Sequence record: PP400779
Source of the DNA: Escherichia phage JM17
Reading direction: 5' to 3' (one strand)
DNA: 64,000 nucleotides
Part shown: one piece after another, positions 28,693 through 38,702 of the stretch
Layout: every line of letters starts with the position of its first letter
How positions within the stretch are numbered: the first letter of the stretch is position 1
Program-made: the position numbers and the translations under genes
Notes under the pieces: model-generated
Database searches by the model: none
What the model saw: the letters and a program-made list of their open reading frames with translations, nothing else
What the model was told of the DNA's origin: nothing

Positions 28693-30500
28693 AGAAAGAT
28701 GTTTTAAATTTTATTTCAAATAAAGATAAAGAATTAAATACCGAAAATGCCAACAAAGATTCTCGTGTCTTTCCAACAAAAAGAGATTTAATGGCCGGTA
28801 TTGTTTCTAAACATATCGCTTGTAGTATTCTTCCGAGCCATATTGTAAATGCTCATAATGTCGGATTAATTCATTTTCACGATTTAGATTACAGTATATC
28901 ATTGCCTTTTACTAATTGCTGTTTAGTAGATTTAAAAGGAATGCTTGAGAACGGATTTAAGCTTGGTAATGCACAGATTGAAACTCCTAAATCAATTGGC
29001 GTTGCTACTGCAATTATGGCACAAATTACTGCACAGGTTGCTTCTCACCAATATGGCGGAACGACTTTTGCTAATGTAGATAAAGTACTTTCTCCTTATG
29101 TTAAACGCACCTATGCAAAACATATTGAGGATGCAGAAAAATGGCAAATCGCCGATGCGTTGAATTATGCTCAATCCAAAACAGAAAAAGATGTCTATGA
29201 CGCATTTCAAGCTTATGAGTATGAAGTAAATACTCTTTTTAGCTCAAACGGTCAAACTCCTTTTGTTACTATAACATTTGGAACAGGAACTGACTGGACT
29301 GAACGAATGATTCAGAAAGCAATTCTGAAAAATCGTATTAAAGGCCTTGGTCGTGATGGAATAACTCCTATTTTCCCTAAGCTTGTTATGTTCGTTGAAG
29401 AAGGCGTTAATCTTTATAAAGACGATCCGAATTACGACATTAAGCAACTTGCTTTAGAGTGCGCAAGCAAAAGGATGTATCCTGATATTATTTCAGCTAA
29501 GAATAATAAAGCTATCACTGGTTCATCTGTTCCTGTTTCTCCAATGGGTTGTCGTAGTTTCTTGAGTGCATGGAAAGATTCGACTGGTAATGAAATTCTT
29601 GATGGACGTAATAATCTTGGTGTTGTAACACTGAATCTTCCTCGTATTGCGTTAGATTCTTATATTGGAACACAGTTCAATGAACAGAAATTTGTTGAGC
29701 TATTTAACGAACGAATGGACCTGTGTTTTGAAGCTTTGATGTGTAGAATTAGTTCCTTAAAAGGAGTTAAAGCGACTGTTGCTCCTATTCTTTACCAAGA
29801 AGGTGCATTTGGGGTTCGTCTTAAACCTGATGACGACATAATTGAGTTATTTAAAAACGGTAGAAGTTCAGTGTCCCTAGGATACATTGGTATTCACGAA
29901 TTGAATATTCTTGTCGGTCGTGATATTGGGCAAGAAATTTTAACTAAAATGAATGCTCATCTTAAACAGTGGACTGAAAGAACCGGATTTGCTTTTAGTT
30001 TATATTCTACTCCTGCTGAAAACCTTTGTTATCGCTTCTGTAAACTTGATACAGAAAAATATGGAAGTGTAAAGGATGTCACTGATAAAGGCTGGTACAC
30101 TAACAGTTTCCATGTTTCAGTAGAAGAAAATATTACTCCGTTTGAAAAGATTTCTCGTGAAGCGCCATATCATTTCATTGCGACAGGTGGTCACATTTCT
30201 TATGTTGAACTTCCTGATATGAAAAATAACTTAAAAGGTCTTGAGGCCGTATGGGATTATGCTGCACAACATTTAGATTATTTTGGCGTTAATATGCCAG
30301 TAGATAAATGTTTTACATGCGGAAGTACCCATGAAATGACTCCTACTGAAAACGGATTTGTTTGTTCAGTTTGTGGAGAAAGTGATCCTAAAAAGATGAA
30401 CACCATAAGAAGAACATGCGGTTATTTGGGAAATCCGAACGAACGAGGATTTAATCTCGGTAAAAATAAAGAAATCATGCATAGGGTTAAACACCAATGA
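28683..30500 (+). CDS. nrdD: anaerobic ribonucleoside-triphosphate reductase (class III, NrdD)
   Basis: 605 aa; C-terminal glycyl radical motif RRTCGYLG; Cys-rich zinc site; uninterrupted (no intron). Confidence 0.95.
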   Translation: MSLEKDVLNFISNKDKELNTENANKDSRVFPTKRDLMAGIVSKHIACSILPSHIVNAHNVGLIHFHDLDYSISLPFTNCCLVDLKGMLENGFKLGNAQIETPKSIGVATAIMAQITAQVASHQYGGTTFANVDKVLSPYVKRTYAKHIEDAEKWQIADALNYAQSKTEKDVYDAFQAYEYEVNTLFSSNGQTPFVTITFGTGTDWTERMIQKAILKNRIKGLGRDGITPIFPKLVMFVEEGVNLYKDDPNYDIKQLALECASKRMYPDIISAKNNKAITGSSVPVSPMGCRSFLSAWKDSTGNEILDGRNNLGVVTLNLPRIALDSYIGTQFNEQKFVELFNERMDLCFEALMCRISSLKGVKATVAPILYQEGAFGVRLKPDDDIIELFKNGRSSVSLGYIGIHELNILVGRDIGQEILTKMNAHLKQWTERTGFAFSLYSTPAENLCYRFCKLDTEKYGSVKDVTDKGWYTNSFHVSVEENITPFEKISREAPYHFIATGGHISYVELPDMKNNLKGLEAVWDYAAQHLDYFGVNMPVDKCFTCGSTHEMTPTENGFVCSVCGESDPKKMNTIRRTCGYLGNPNERGFNLGKNKEIMHRVKHQ

Positions 30501-30967
30501 ATTATGATAGATTTTATCCTTGCGATTTTGTGAATGGCCCTGGTTGCAGGGTCGTTCTTTTCGTTACAGGTTGTTTGCATAAATGTGAAGGGTGTTATAA
30601 TAAATCAACATGGAATGCTAGAAATGGTATTCCATTCACTGGTGAAACACTAGAACAATTAATTGAATGCTTGAATAATGATTATATAGAAGGATTGACT
30701 ATAACCGGAGGAGACCCTCTCTATCCTGACAACCGAGATGTTATTCATTGCATTGCTCAAACAGTAAAAAATCTTTATCCCAATAAAAGCATTTGGTTGT
30801 GGACAGGATATAAGTTTGAAGATATTAAACAACTAGAAATGCTTAAATATGTTGATGTTATTATTGATGGGAAGTATGAGAAAAATCTTCCGACTAAAAA
30901 GCTGTGGCGAGGATCAGATAATCAGCGACTTTGGTCAAATACCGATGGGGTGTGGAAACATGATTAA
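30497..30967 (+). CDS. nrdG: anaerobic RNR activating enzyme (radical SAM, NrdG)
   Basis: radical-SAM cysteine cluster in GCLHKCEGCYN; ATGA-coupled to nrdD. Confidence 0.9.
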   Translation: MNYDRFYPCDFVNGPGCRVVLFVTGCLHKCEGCYNKSTWNARNGIPFTGETLEQLIECLNNDYIEGLTITGGDPLYPDNRDVIHCIAQTVKNLYPNKSIWLWTGYKFEDIKQLEMLKYVDVIIDGKYEKNLPTKKLWRGSDNQRLWSNTDGVWKHD

Positions 30968-31077
30968 ATTGAATTACATTATGGATACTATAAATGATAT
31001 GATTTTTCGTTTTGGTCCAGAATTTTATTCGCAATATAGTTTAGTGCTTATCAATGCTTAGTTAATTAAGGGCAAAT

Positions 31078-31293
31078 ATGTATAAATTTCGTAAAGGTTT
31101 AGCTGATTTTCTTACAACTGTAACGTTCTTTTTGTTTATGGCAGTTGGAGCTATTTTTCTTATTCCTTTTACTGGTGTATTTTTCGTGATTAGTTTAATT
31201 TCTCCAGAAAAGGGTTTATCCTCCAGCGAATTCAATGAACGTTTGGACAAAATTACTAATAAACTGAATTCTGTTCTTGATAAAAAGGCTTAA
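31078..31293 (+). CDS. small membrane protein
   Basis: two TM helices. Confidence 0.4.
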   Translation: MYKFRKGLADFLTTVTFFLFMAVGAIFLIPFTGVFFVISLISPEKGLSSSEFNERLDKITNKLNSVLDKKA

Positions 31294-31295
31294 TT

Positions 31296-31613
31296 ATGAT
31301 TAGTTTTGAGCGGTATGTAGTAGAGAGTTGGAATGGTTTTGATATGTTCGGTAATGACTATTATTTCTATGAATGTAGTCTGAACCCAAGCTTCTGGGCT
31401 GGACGTGAACAAGACCTCGAAGAAATCAACGCTCGTGCCGATTTGTTAGGTGAACTGCCTACGGTTTATTTTACCTTTGATGAATCCGGCTTCGTTATCC
31501 AGGTTTATTTTCCTGAAGAAAACTCTGGTGAGGATTCTGTTAATCCTCCTTATTGGGCTTACCAAGGAATTATTTCTCGTGGAACAAAACTCGAACTTAA
31601 AGAACAAGATTGA
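31296..31613 (+). CDS. hypothetical acidic protein
   Basis: 105 aa. Confidence 0.4.
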   Translation: MISFERYVVESWNGFDMFGNDYYFYECSLNPSFWAGREQDLEEINARADLLGELPTVYFTFDESGFVIQVYFPEENSGEDSVNPPYWAYQGIISRGTKLELKEQD

Positions 31614-31902
31614 AATTTATGGCATCCCTGAAGAAGTTGGACGTTGTCCAGGATGTTATACTGTTACAAAACTTTTAAAGGAGCTCAATGCTCCTTATAC
31701 ATTTTATAAAGTCCTCACTAATAATGGTAAGATTGAATATGACCGTCCTTTAATCGTATCTCTTGCTAAACGTGCAGGATTCACTTCACTTAATATTCGT
31801 TATCCTGTCATATTTTTAAATGATAAGAAACAAAAGAATATTGCAGAGTTTAAAAAGTCCTTGATTTCATTAGGATATGACTCTGATATCATAGAAGATT
31901 GA
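31579..31902 (+). CDS. glutaredoxin-like redoxin (NrdH-like)
   Basis: CPGC active site after KIEIYG; only in-frame ATG is 31450 inside the upstream gene, so a GTG start at 31579 is proposed (uncertain). Confidence 0.45.
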   Translation: MEQNSNLKNKIEIYGIPEEVGRCPGCYTVTKLLKELNAPYTFYKVLTNNGKIEYDRPLIVSLAKRAGFTSLNIRYPVIFLNDKKQKNIAEFKKSLISLGYDSDIIED

Positions 31903-32069
31903 CCAGGTGCCGCCTGGTCTTCTTTATCTCATTTCTAATATAATCCATTGGAATCTTCACTTCACTATCTCCTTGTGCCCCTCTCAAATCAAAAATATTT
32001 TCATAAAACCAGTTTACATCCTCGATAGATATGTTAAGATTAACACCATCTACTATAGAGGAAAATAAA

Positions 32070-32252
32070 ATGACAATTGAAGATAAAGAAATTAAGGTTG
32101 ACCAGTACTATTCGGTCAACGGTAATGCAGTACAGATAACCAAAGTTTCAAGCCTGGATGTTTGGTACCGTTCAATCAAATATCCAGAAATTGGTGAAAT
32201 GATTTGTGACCGTGGTATCTTCTGTTCAATTGCGAAGGAAATTAAGTCATGA
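32070..32252 (+). CDS. small hypothetical protein
   Basis: ATG after AGAGGAAAA. Confidence 0.35.
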   Translation: MTIEDKEIKVDQYYSVNGNAVQITKVSSLDVWYRSIKYPEIGEMICDRGIFCSIAKEIKS

Positions 32253-32497
32253 TTAGTTTAGATTCAAAGAAAGTTGTTCTAACCCTTAAAGTTAATGACG
32301 AACGTCCGGTATTCGTTACCATTTCCGATTTGCATGTTGAAATTGCTAATGACGTTCGTACTTATCAAGCAAATAAAACTCATTGGGATTATATCCCGAT
32401 GTTGACGCTTACTCAGCGTTTAGAATCAATCGGTCTTAAAGACCTTTCAGTAAGTGAAGTGAATTTTATCAAACGCGTTGTATCAATCAACCTCTGA
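32249..32497 (+). CDS. hypothetical protein
   Basis: ATGA overlap. Confidence 0.4.
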   Translation: MISLDSKKVVLTLKVNDERPVFVTISDLHVEIANDVRTYQANKTHWDYIPMLTLTQRLESIGLKDLSVSEVNFIKRVVSINL

Positions 32498-32504
32498 GGT
32501 ACTT

Positions 32505-32798
32505 ATGGGTAAAACATATCGTCGTAAAGATTTGAAAGTTCGCGATTACGACTATTTTGGTAAGCGTAAAGCTCCTGACGGTGTTAGCCACAAAGACATG
32601 GTTGAAAACATTTTCCGCTCAGATAAATGGAAACGTATGAAAGGCATTGATTCTGAAGTCAAGAATGAAATGAATCGACAACTCCGCAAAGAAGTTCGTA
32701 AGTTGAAAAAAGATGTTTACAGTAAAGAAGAGTATGATTATAATACTTCTCATACTGAAGCCAAACGTAAAGCTAACGAATGTTATCGTTACAGTTGA
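32505..32798 (+). CDS. hypothetical basic protein
   Basis: ATG after GAGG. Confidence 0.4.
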   Translation: MGKTYRRKDLKVRDYDYFGKRKAPDGVSHKDMVENIFRSDKWKRMKGIDSEVKNEMNRQLRKEVRKLKKDVYSKEEYDYNTSHTEAKRKANECYRYS

Positions 32799-32936
32799 GG
32801 AAATTATGAATATCAAACGAATGCTTTTTAAGCAGGGATTATATACTTTAAATGTTAATCCAAAGGGTGATACAACTAAATGGTCTGTAAATGACTGGAT
32901 TAAGTTCATCGATGAAAATGGGGCGTGGAACACAAA

Positions 32937-33137
32937 ATGAATCCTGAAAATATTGTGTCATGGCAACTTCGTGAAGAACGTGCCGAATTCTTTGCCAATA
33001 TGAAACTCAACGGCGTTGAGGATGAAGACTTCTTACGCTGGTTCTGGATTTACAAATACAAAGAATGCCAGTACGCTGTACTACTGACTTGTGCAGTTAT
33101 GTACGAAGGCTGGAAAGGCGCTAAAAAGTTCGGATAA
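32937..33137 (+). CDS. hypothetical protein
   Basis: ATGA overlap. Confidence 0.4.
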   Translation: MNPENIVSWQLREERAEFFANMKLNGVEDEDFLRWFWIYKYKECQYAVLLTCAVMYEGWKGAKKFG

Positions 33138-33139
33138 CG

Positions 33140-33188
33140 ATTTACAAACTCTTGAGAGCAGAGTATAATGCTCTCATTGGATAATAAA
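33140..33188 (+). repeat. PeSL-like promoter cassette, copy B of the duplicated ~48-bp element
   Basis: identical to 5912-5960 except one base (CTCTCATTGG versus CTCTCGTTGG). Confidence 0.6.
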
Positions 33189-33206
33189 ATAACCGAGGAA
33201 AATAAT

Positions 33207-33539
33207 ATGTCTACTAAAATCAAAAACGTAGTTAATTCTTTCGCTTTCGATAAAGTTGTTGCTCTTCTGGAATCCGGCAATATTGTTACTCCTCAAGTTC
33301 TTGACGCATGGGAATTCCGTCTTTATGAAATCATGCAAAAACACGACCAGAAAATTGGACGTAATTCTATTCGCGAAATTCTAGTACAATATATTCTTTC
33401 TGAATTTGACGTTGCTGCATTTGGTGTTGAATCTAAAGCTTATCAGAAACATGAAATCTCTGAAAAGACTATCCGTCGTATGAAAAATCAGCGTAAGAAA
33501 AAATTCGTTGACCTGAAAATTGTTAAGGCGGCAAAATGA
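33207..33539 (+). CDS. hypothetical protein
   Basis: ATG after GAGGAAAA. Confidence 0.45.
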   Translation: MSTKIKNVVNSFAFDKVVALLESGNIVTPQVLDAWEFRLYEIMQKHDQKIGRNSIREILVQYILSEFDVAAFGVESKAYQKHEISEKTIRRMKNQRKKKFVDLKIVKAAK

Positions 33540-33763
33540 GCGTATTAACAGAAACCTTTATTAATGACCTGCGTCTAGCTGGTTACGAAGTTGGTACAAA
33601 TAGCCTAGGTCTTCCTCAGATTGAAGGTCCTGGATTTATTCTAGAATACGAATTCAAACAATGGTGGTTATATGCTACGGTTGACGATGCGTTAAATATT
33701 GATTTTGTTGACCAATTTGATTCGTTGGATGCCGCCTTATTTGCAGCAAAGGAAATAGAATGA
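33536..33763 (+). CDS. hypothetical acidic protein
   Basis: ATGA overlap. Confidence 0.4.
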   Translation: MSVLTETFINDLRLAGYEVGTNSLGLPQIEGPGFILEYEFKQWWLYATVDDALNIDFVDQFDSLDAALFAAKEIE

Positions 33764-33853
33764 AACTATCTTGAATCGCTATAACCGAAGAAAAGTTTGG
33801 TGAATTTTAAGTCGATAACTTTATGAAAGTTACGTATCTTTGATAGTATCTCG

Positions 33854-33890
33854 TGCTTTAAGATAGGTCTCTAAATATTATGATATAATA
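33854..33890 (+). promoter_or_regulatory. candidate middle-type promoter (MotA-box-like TGCTTTA plus TATTAT/TATAAT) inside palindrome ATAGGTCT/AGACCTAT upstream of gene 55
   Basis: TGCTTTA at 33854-33860; -10 candidates 33876-33890; inverted repeat flanks. Confidence 0.35.
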
Positions 33891-33918
33891 GACCTATGAA
33901 TTGAGCCAAGAGGTACTT

Positions 33919-34476
33919 ATGACTGAACAAAAACCTAAAAATAACTATGTGAATAATAAAGAGCTTCTCGCCGCTATAATCGAGTGGAAAAAGGAGCTCT
34001 TAAATAATAAAGACCCAAACAAAATTATTCGTCAGAATGATACCATCGGTTTAGCAATTATGCTTATCGCCGAAGGCCTGTCCAAACGTTTCAACTTTTC
34101 AGGATATACCCAGTCTTGGAAGCAGGAGATGATTGCAGATGGGATTGAAGCCTCTATTAAGGGACTTCATAATTTCGACGAAACTAAGTACAATAACCCA
34201 CATGCATACATAACTCGAGCTTGTTTTAATGCTTTTGTCCAACGTATCAAAAAAGAACGTAAGGAAGTTGCAAAGAAATATAGTTACTTCGTTCATAATG
34301 TCTATGACAGTCATGACGATGATATGGTAGCGTTGGTAGATGAAACGTTTATTCAAGACATCTACGATAAAATGACGCATTATGAAGAATCCGCTTATAA
34401 AGCTCCTGGGGCTGAAAAGAAGGAAGTTGTTAGCGATTCGCCTAGTTTGGATTTTTTATATGAGGATGACAATTGA
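33919..34476 (+). CDS. 55: late-transcription sigma factor gp55
   Basis: 185 aa; ...[49 protein letters not shown]... matches T4 gp55 as recalled. Confidence 0.9.
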   Translation: MTEQKPKNNYVNNKELLAAIIEWKKELLNNKDPNKIIRQNDTIGLAIMLIAEGLSKRFNFSGYTQSWKQEMIADGIEASIKGLHNFDETKYNNPHAYITRACFNAFVQRIKKERKEVAKKYSYFVHNVYDSHDDDMVALVDETFIQDIYDKMTHYEESAYKAPGAEKKEVVSDSPSLDFLYEDDN

Positions 34477-34675
34477 CATCTCTAACTACTTAGAAGAACC
34501 TTTTGACGAAGCAATCCCTTATTTGGTAAAACTGTTGGGTCGTGAATTTAAAATTAATTTTGACATCGACCCTTTGAACCCACATGACGTGTCATTTTCG
34601 ATAAATGGGACTCCGGTTGAGTATGAGTTCTGTATTGAAGAGGGTGGACGTTTTTATTTTAATTTAATGAGATAA
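34466..34675 (+). CDS. hypothetical protein (in the slot where T4 carries alpha-gt)
   Basis: start overlaps the 3' end of gene 55. Confidence 0.35.
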   Translation: MTIDISNYLEEPFDEAIPYLVKLLGREFKINFDIDPLNPHDVSFSINGTPVEYEFCIEEGGRFYFNLMR

Positions 34676-34676
34676 T

Positions 34677-35000
34677 ATGACTACCGAGATTATTGAAAAT
34701 AAAGAAGCAGAAGATGCAGTAGCTAAAATGCTACAAGAAATCCAAAAGAAAAATGAAGCTGAAGCACGTAAAAAATCAGAAAAGATTCTTAAAAAGAATC
34801 GTTTTGAACTAAACCGTCTTTATGCTCATGCTCAAGAAGCAGCAATTCAAAACAACTTCGAAGCTTACGAATATGCTATTAAGAAATCTCGGGATATTCT
34901 ACGACAACCATATAATGACAAGTTAATTAAAATCCAGTGGGTTACTACTCGTCAGGCTATTGAGGACATCATTAATGGCGCTAGTTCAAACAAAGTTTAA
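34677..35000 (+). CDS. hypothetical coiled-coil protein
   Basis: 107 aa. Confidence 0.4.
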   Translation: MTTEIIENKEAEDAVAKMLQEIQKKNEAEARKKSEKILKKNRFELNRLYAHAQEAAIQNNFEAYEYAIKKSRDILRQPYNDKLIKIQWVTTRQAIEDIINGASSNKV

Positions 35001-35220
35001 ACGTCTGAAGCTGAACGCAGGGTTCACCCTTAAATTGGGAGGTCCTCTTTGTGTTAAAATTTCTGAAAAGGAATATCACGACGGTTCTATTACAGAAATT
35101 TGTCCGCCTATTGTAAAGGCAGACCCAAAACAACTCGTGTGGGCTGATTCATTTCAAGTTAAGAAATGGTGGAAACGATGAGAGAAATCGGTTTAGGTAT
35201 TTTCTGAGAGATGATTATGC

Positions 35221-35394
35221 ATGACGAACGACCTGACCTCTGAAAATTTCGATAAAATCCGTAAAGGCAAAGCAGAAAGAATGAGACGTTTTAAAGAGTC
35301 TTACGATAAAGCTAAAGCCGAAGGAACTATTACATACAAGCCCATTCGATTTAAAAGTTCAAATGAGCCTCTGTACGGTGTACTATGTGGATAG
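35221..35394 (+). CDS. small hypothetical basic protein (57 aa)
   Basis: not in track; followed directly by a terminator. Confidence 0.3.
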   Translation: MTNDLTSENFDKIRKGKAERMRRFKESYDKAKAEGTITYKPIRFKSSNEPLYGVLCG

Positions 35395-35418
35395 GAACTC
35401 TTCGGAGTTCCTTTTTTG
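35394..35418 (+). terminator. rho-independent terminator
   Basis: GGAACTC-TTCG-GAGTTCC followed by TTTTTTG. Confidence 0.6.
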
Positions 35419-35463
35419 CTTTATAAACGGATGATAGAATGAATTAACTAATGAGGAAATAAT

Positions 35464-36483
35464 ATGAAAATTTTGCACTTAGGCGACTTCCATATCGGAG
35501 TCAAACAAGACGACCCATGGGTTCAAGATATTCAACGTGATGGTATTCGTCAAGCAATTGAATACTCTAAGAAACACGGGATTAAAACTTGGATTCAGTA
35601 CGGTGATTGGTTTGACGTCCGTAAAGCAATAACACATCGTACAATGGAATTCAATCGTGAAATCGTTGATATGATTTCTAAAGCAGGCATTCACGTTCAT
35701 GTCACGATAGGAAACCATGACATGGCGTTTAAGAATACAATAACACCTAACACTGTTTCTGAATTGTTAACTCAATTTGAAAACTTTACTATTTACGAGC
35801 ATCCGACTACTGTAGATTTTGACGGATGTCTGATTGATATCGTTCCATGGATGTGTGAAGAAAATACAGGTGAAATCTTAGAGCACATCAAGACTTCTTC
35901 TGCCGCGTATTGTGTTGGGCACTGGGAACTGAACGGCTTTTATTTCTATAAAGGGATGAAGTCTCATGGGCTTGAACCTGATTTCTTAAAGACCTATAAA
36001 CAAGTCTGGTCTGGCCACTTCCACACAATCTCTGAAGCTGCTAACGTCAAATATATTGGGACACCATGGACCCTTACTGCAGGTGATGAGAACGACCCGC
36101 GCGGATTCTGGGTATTTGACACTGATGTTGAACGTATGGAATTTATTCCTAATGAAACAACATGGCATCGACGAATCACTTATCCATTTAAAGGCAAAAT
36201 CAATTATTCTGATTATACTAATCTAGCCGTACGTGTTATAGTATCAGAAATTGATTCAGAGTTGACTAAGTTTGAATCTGAACTTGAAAAAGTAGTTCAC
36301 TCTCTTCGTATGGTTTCTAAAGTTGATAACAGTGTTGAATCTGATGACGACCAGGAAATCGAGATTAAATCACTTCAAGATATCATTAAAGAATATATTG
36401 ACGCGATTCCAGATATCTCAGACGAAGACAGAGAAGCGCTGGTCAAATATTCCAACGAACTTTATATTGAGGCGACACAATGA
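35464..36483 (+). CDS. 47: recombination endonuclease subunit gp47 (Mre11-like)
   Basis: 339 aa; phosphoesterase motifs LHLGDFH, GDWFD, GNHD. Confidence 0.9.
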   Translation: MKILHLGDFHIGVKQDDPWVQDIQRDGIRQAIEYSKKHGIKTWIQYGDWFDVRKAITHRTMEFNREIVDMISKAGIHVHVTIGNHDMAFKNTITPNTVSELLTQFENFTIYEHPTTVDFDGCLIDIVPWMCEENTGEILEHIKTSSAAYCVGHWELNGFYFYKGMKSHGLEPDFLKTYKQVWSGHFHTISEAANVKYIGTPWTLTAGDENDPRGFWVFDTDVERMEFIPNETTWHRRITYPFKGKINYSDYTNLAVRVIVSEIDSELTKFESELEKVVHSLRMVSKVDNSVESDDDQEIEIKSLQDIIKEYIDAIPDISDEDREALVKYSNELYIEATQ

Positions 36484-36737
36484 CTTTAGATGAATTTAAT
36501 AATGCTGGTCTTGGGCTTGAAGTTGAAATAGACGTTAAAGATGATGATGGATTCGAGAACACTATCAAGTATTGGATTGAACCATTACGTGTTGAAGGCA
36601 ATGAAGTTAAAGCAGTTCATGTCTGCACCGACTGGGCTATTGAATTTAGCTTTAATATAATGGACAACGATACTCCCGGCTCTATTCTTAAAATGGCTGA
36701 AGCGTGTATTGAGGATGCGTATAATGACGAAGACTGA
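36480..36737 (+). CDS. hypothetical acidic protein
   Basis: ATGA overlap with gene 47. Confidence 0.45.
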   Translation: MTLDEFNNAGLGLEVEIDVKDDDGFENTIKYWIEPLRVEGNEVKAVHVCTDWAIEFSFNIMDNDTPGSILKMAEACIEDAYNDED

Positions 36738-36963
36738 TTATGAAATCCATCGTCATGAATTTAGTATTGGTGACGGTTATATTGGTATCGTTGAATGGAC
36801 TGAGAATTACGAGGAATCAACTCCTCGTTTCTTTGGAACAATGTATGTTACCTGTGAGTACGCACCAGGTGTTGTTATGTATGCAGAACTAGATGAATAT
36901 TTTGCTGATAGGGATGACATGTTAAAATATGTAGAGGACTTCATTCGAAGAGAATACATATGA
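36709..36963 (+). CDS. hypothetical protein
   Basis: alternative ATG at 36718. Confidence 0.4.
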   Translation: MRMRIMTKTDYEIHRHEFSIGDGYIGIVEWTENYEESTPRFFGTMYVTCEYAPGVVMYAELDEYFADRDDMLKYVEDFIRREYI

Positions 36964-38648
36964 AATCATTTAAATTAAATCGTGTTCGTTATCAAAACAT
37001 CATGTCGGTAGGTGGGAATCCTATTGATATCCAATTAGATAAAGTCCAAAAGACATTAATCACTGGTAAAAATGGTGGCGGTAAATCTACGATGTTAGAA
37101 GCCATTACTTTCGGACTTTTCGGTAAACCATTTCGTGATGTTAAGAAAGGACAAATCATTAATAGCACGAACAAGAAAGAGCTCTTAGTTGAGCTTTGGA
37201 TGGAATTCGATGATAAAAAATACTTCATTAAACGTGGCCAAAAGCCCAATATTTTCGAAATCTCCGTTGACGGTGTTCGTCTTGATGAATCTGCCAGCAG
37301 TCGCGACTTCCAAGAAGAATTTGAACGTAGCATCGGAATGTCATACGCGTCTTTTAAACAAATCGTTGTGCTTGGGACGGCAGGATATACCCCTTTCATG
37401 GCTCTTAGCACCCCTGCTCGTAGAAAACTTGTCGAAGACCTTTTAGAAGTCGGCACACTCGCTGAAATGGATAAAATCAATAAGTCTCAAGTTCGCGAAC
37501 TTAATTCTCAGGGACAAGTTCTTGATGCCAAGAAAGATGGTGTTATCCAACAAATTAAGATTTATAACGAGAATATCGAACGTCAAAAGAAATTATCTGG
37601 TGATAATGTAGCGCGTCTACAGAATATGTATGACGACCTAGCCAAAGAAGCTCGTTCATTAAAAGCAGAAATTGAAGAAGCTAATGAGCGACTACTTAAT
37701 ATCGTTCTTGATGAAGACCCTACTGAGGCATTCAACAAGATAGGACAAGAAGCATTCTTGATTAAATCTAAAATCGACTCATATAACAAAGTTATTAAGA
37801 TGTATCATGATGGCGGTACATGTCCTACTTGTGCATCACAGTTGCACCAGGGTGACCCTATTGTCTCTAAGATTACCGATAAGCTTCATGAATGTAATCA
37901 CTCATTCGAGCAACTTACCTGTCACAGAGATAATCTGAGTGTCCTAGTGGACGAATATCGAGCTAATGTTAAGACTAAACAGGACCTTGCATCCGATATT
38001 CGTACCAAGAAACAAGCAATGATTGCCACTATTGATAAAGCTAAGAAAGTTAAAGCTGCAATAGAACAAGCCTCGGCGGAATTTATCGACCATGCTGATG
38101 AGATAGCTTTGCTTCAAAAAGAACTTGATAAAATCATTAAAACAAAATCAGATATCGTTCTTGAAAAATATCATCGTGGTATTATCACAGATATGTTAAA
38201 AGATTCTGGTATTAAAGGTGCTATCATTAAAAAATATGTGCCTCTGTTTAATAAGCAGATTAACCATTATCTTAAAATCATGGAAGCCGATTACGTGTTT
38301 TCTATTGACGAAGAATTCAATGAATCTATAAAATCACGTGGCCGTGAAGAGTTCAGTTATGCTTCATTTAGTCAAGGTGAAAAGGCACGTATCGATATCG
38401 CATTGTTGTTTACATGGCGAGATATTGCTGAAAAGGTTTCTGGTGTTAAAATCAACACTCTAATTCTTGATGAGGTTTTTGATGGTGCTGTCGATTCTGA
38501 GGCTGTTAAGGCTATAGATACCATCCTTGGTAGTTTACAAAATACTAACGTGTTCATTATCTCTCATCGAGACCATGACCCTCAACGTTATGGACAACAT
38601 CTTCAAATGAGCAAAGTTGGACGATTTACTGTGATGACTGTCTCATAA
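36960..38648 (+). CDS. 46: recombination endonuclease subunit gp46 (Rad50/SbcC-like ATPase)
   Basis: 562 aa; Walker A GKNGGGKST; central coiled coil with CPTC zinc hook; Walker B LILDEVFDG. Confidence 0.9.
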   Translation: MKSFKLNRVRYQNIMSVGGNPIDIQLDKVQKTLITGKNGGGKSTMLEAITFGLFGKPFRDVKKGQIINSTNKKELLVELWMEFDDKKYFIKRGQKPNIFEISVDGVRLDESASSRDFQEEFERSIGMSYASFKQIVVLGTAGYTPFMALSTPARRKLVEDLLEVGTLAEMDKINKSQVRELNSQGQVLDAKKDGVIQQIKIYNENIERQKKLSGDNVARLQNMYDDLAKEARSLKAEIEEANERLLNIVLDEDPTEAFNKIGQEAFLIKSKIDSYNKVIKMYHDGGTCPTCASQLHQGDPIVSKITDKLHECNHSFEQLTCHRDNLSVLVDEYRANVKTKQDLASDIRTKKQAMIATIDKAKKVKAAIEQASAEFIDHADEIALLQKELDKIIKTKSDIVLEKYHRGIITDMLKDSGIKGAIIKKYVPLFNKQINHYLKIMEADYVFSIDEEFNESIKSRGREEFSYASFSQGEKARIDIALLFTWRDIAEKVSGVKINTLILDEVFDGAVDSEAVKAIDTILGSLQNTNVFIISHRDHDPQRYGQHLQMSKVGRFTVMTVS

Positions 38649-38702
38649 ACGCTTTAACATGATGTGGTTATAATGACCACATCAAATTAAATGGAGAACA
38701 AC

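Noticed and set aside
28683-30500. Group I intron or intron-encoded endonuclease in nrdD, as in T4
   Set aside because: The nrdD reading frame is continuous over 605 codons; no interruption is visible. The nearby GIY-YIG gene at 27871 is free-standing.
31450-31902. 150-aa ORF with the ATG at 31450 as the start of the glutaredoxin-like gene
   Set aside because: The N-terminal 43 codons overlap the upstream ORF in another frame and are hydrophobic and low-complexity; a downstream GTG start is more plausible, though uncertain.
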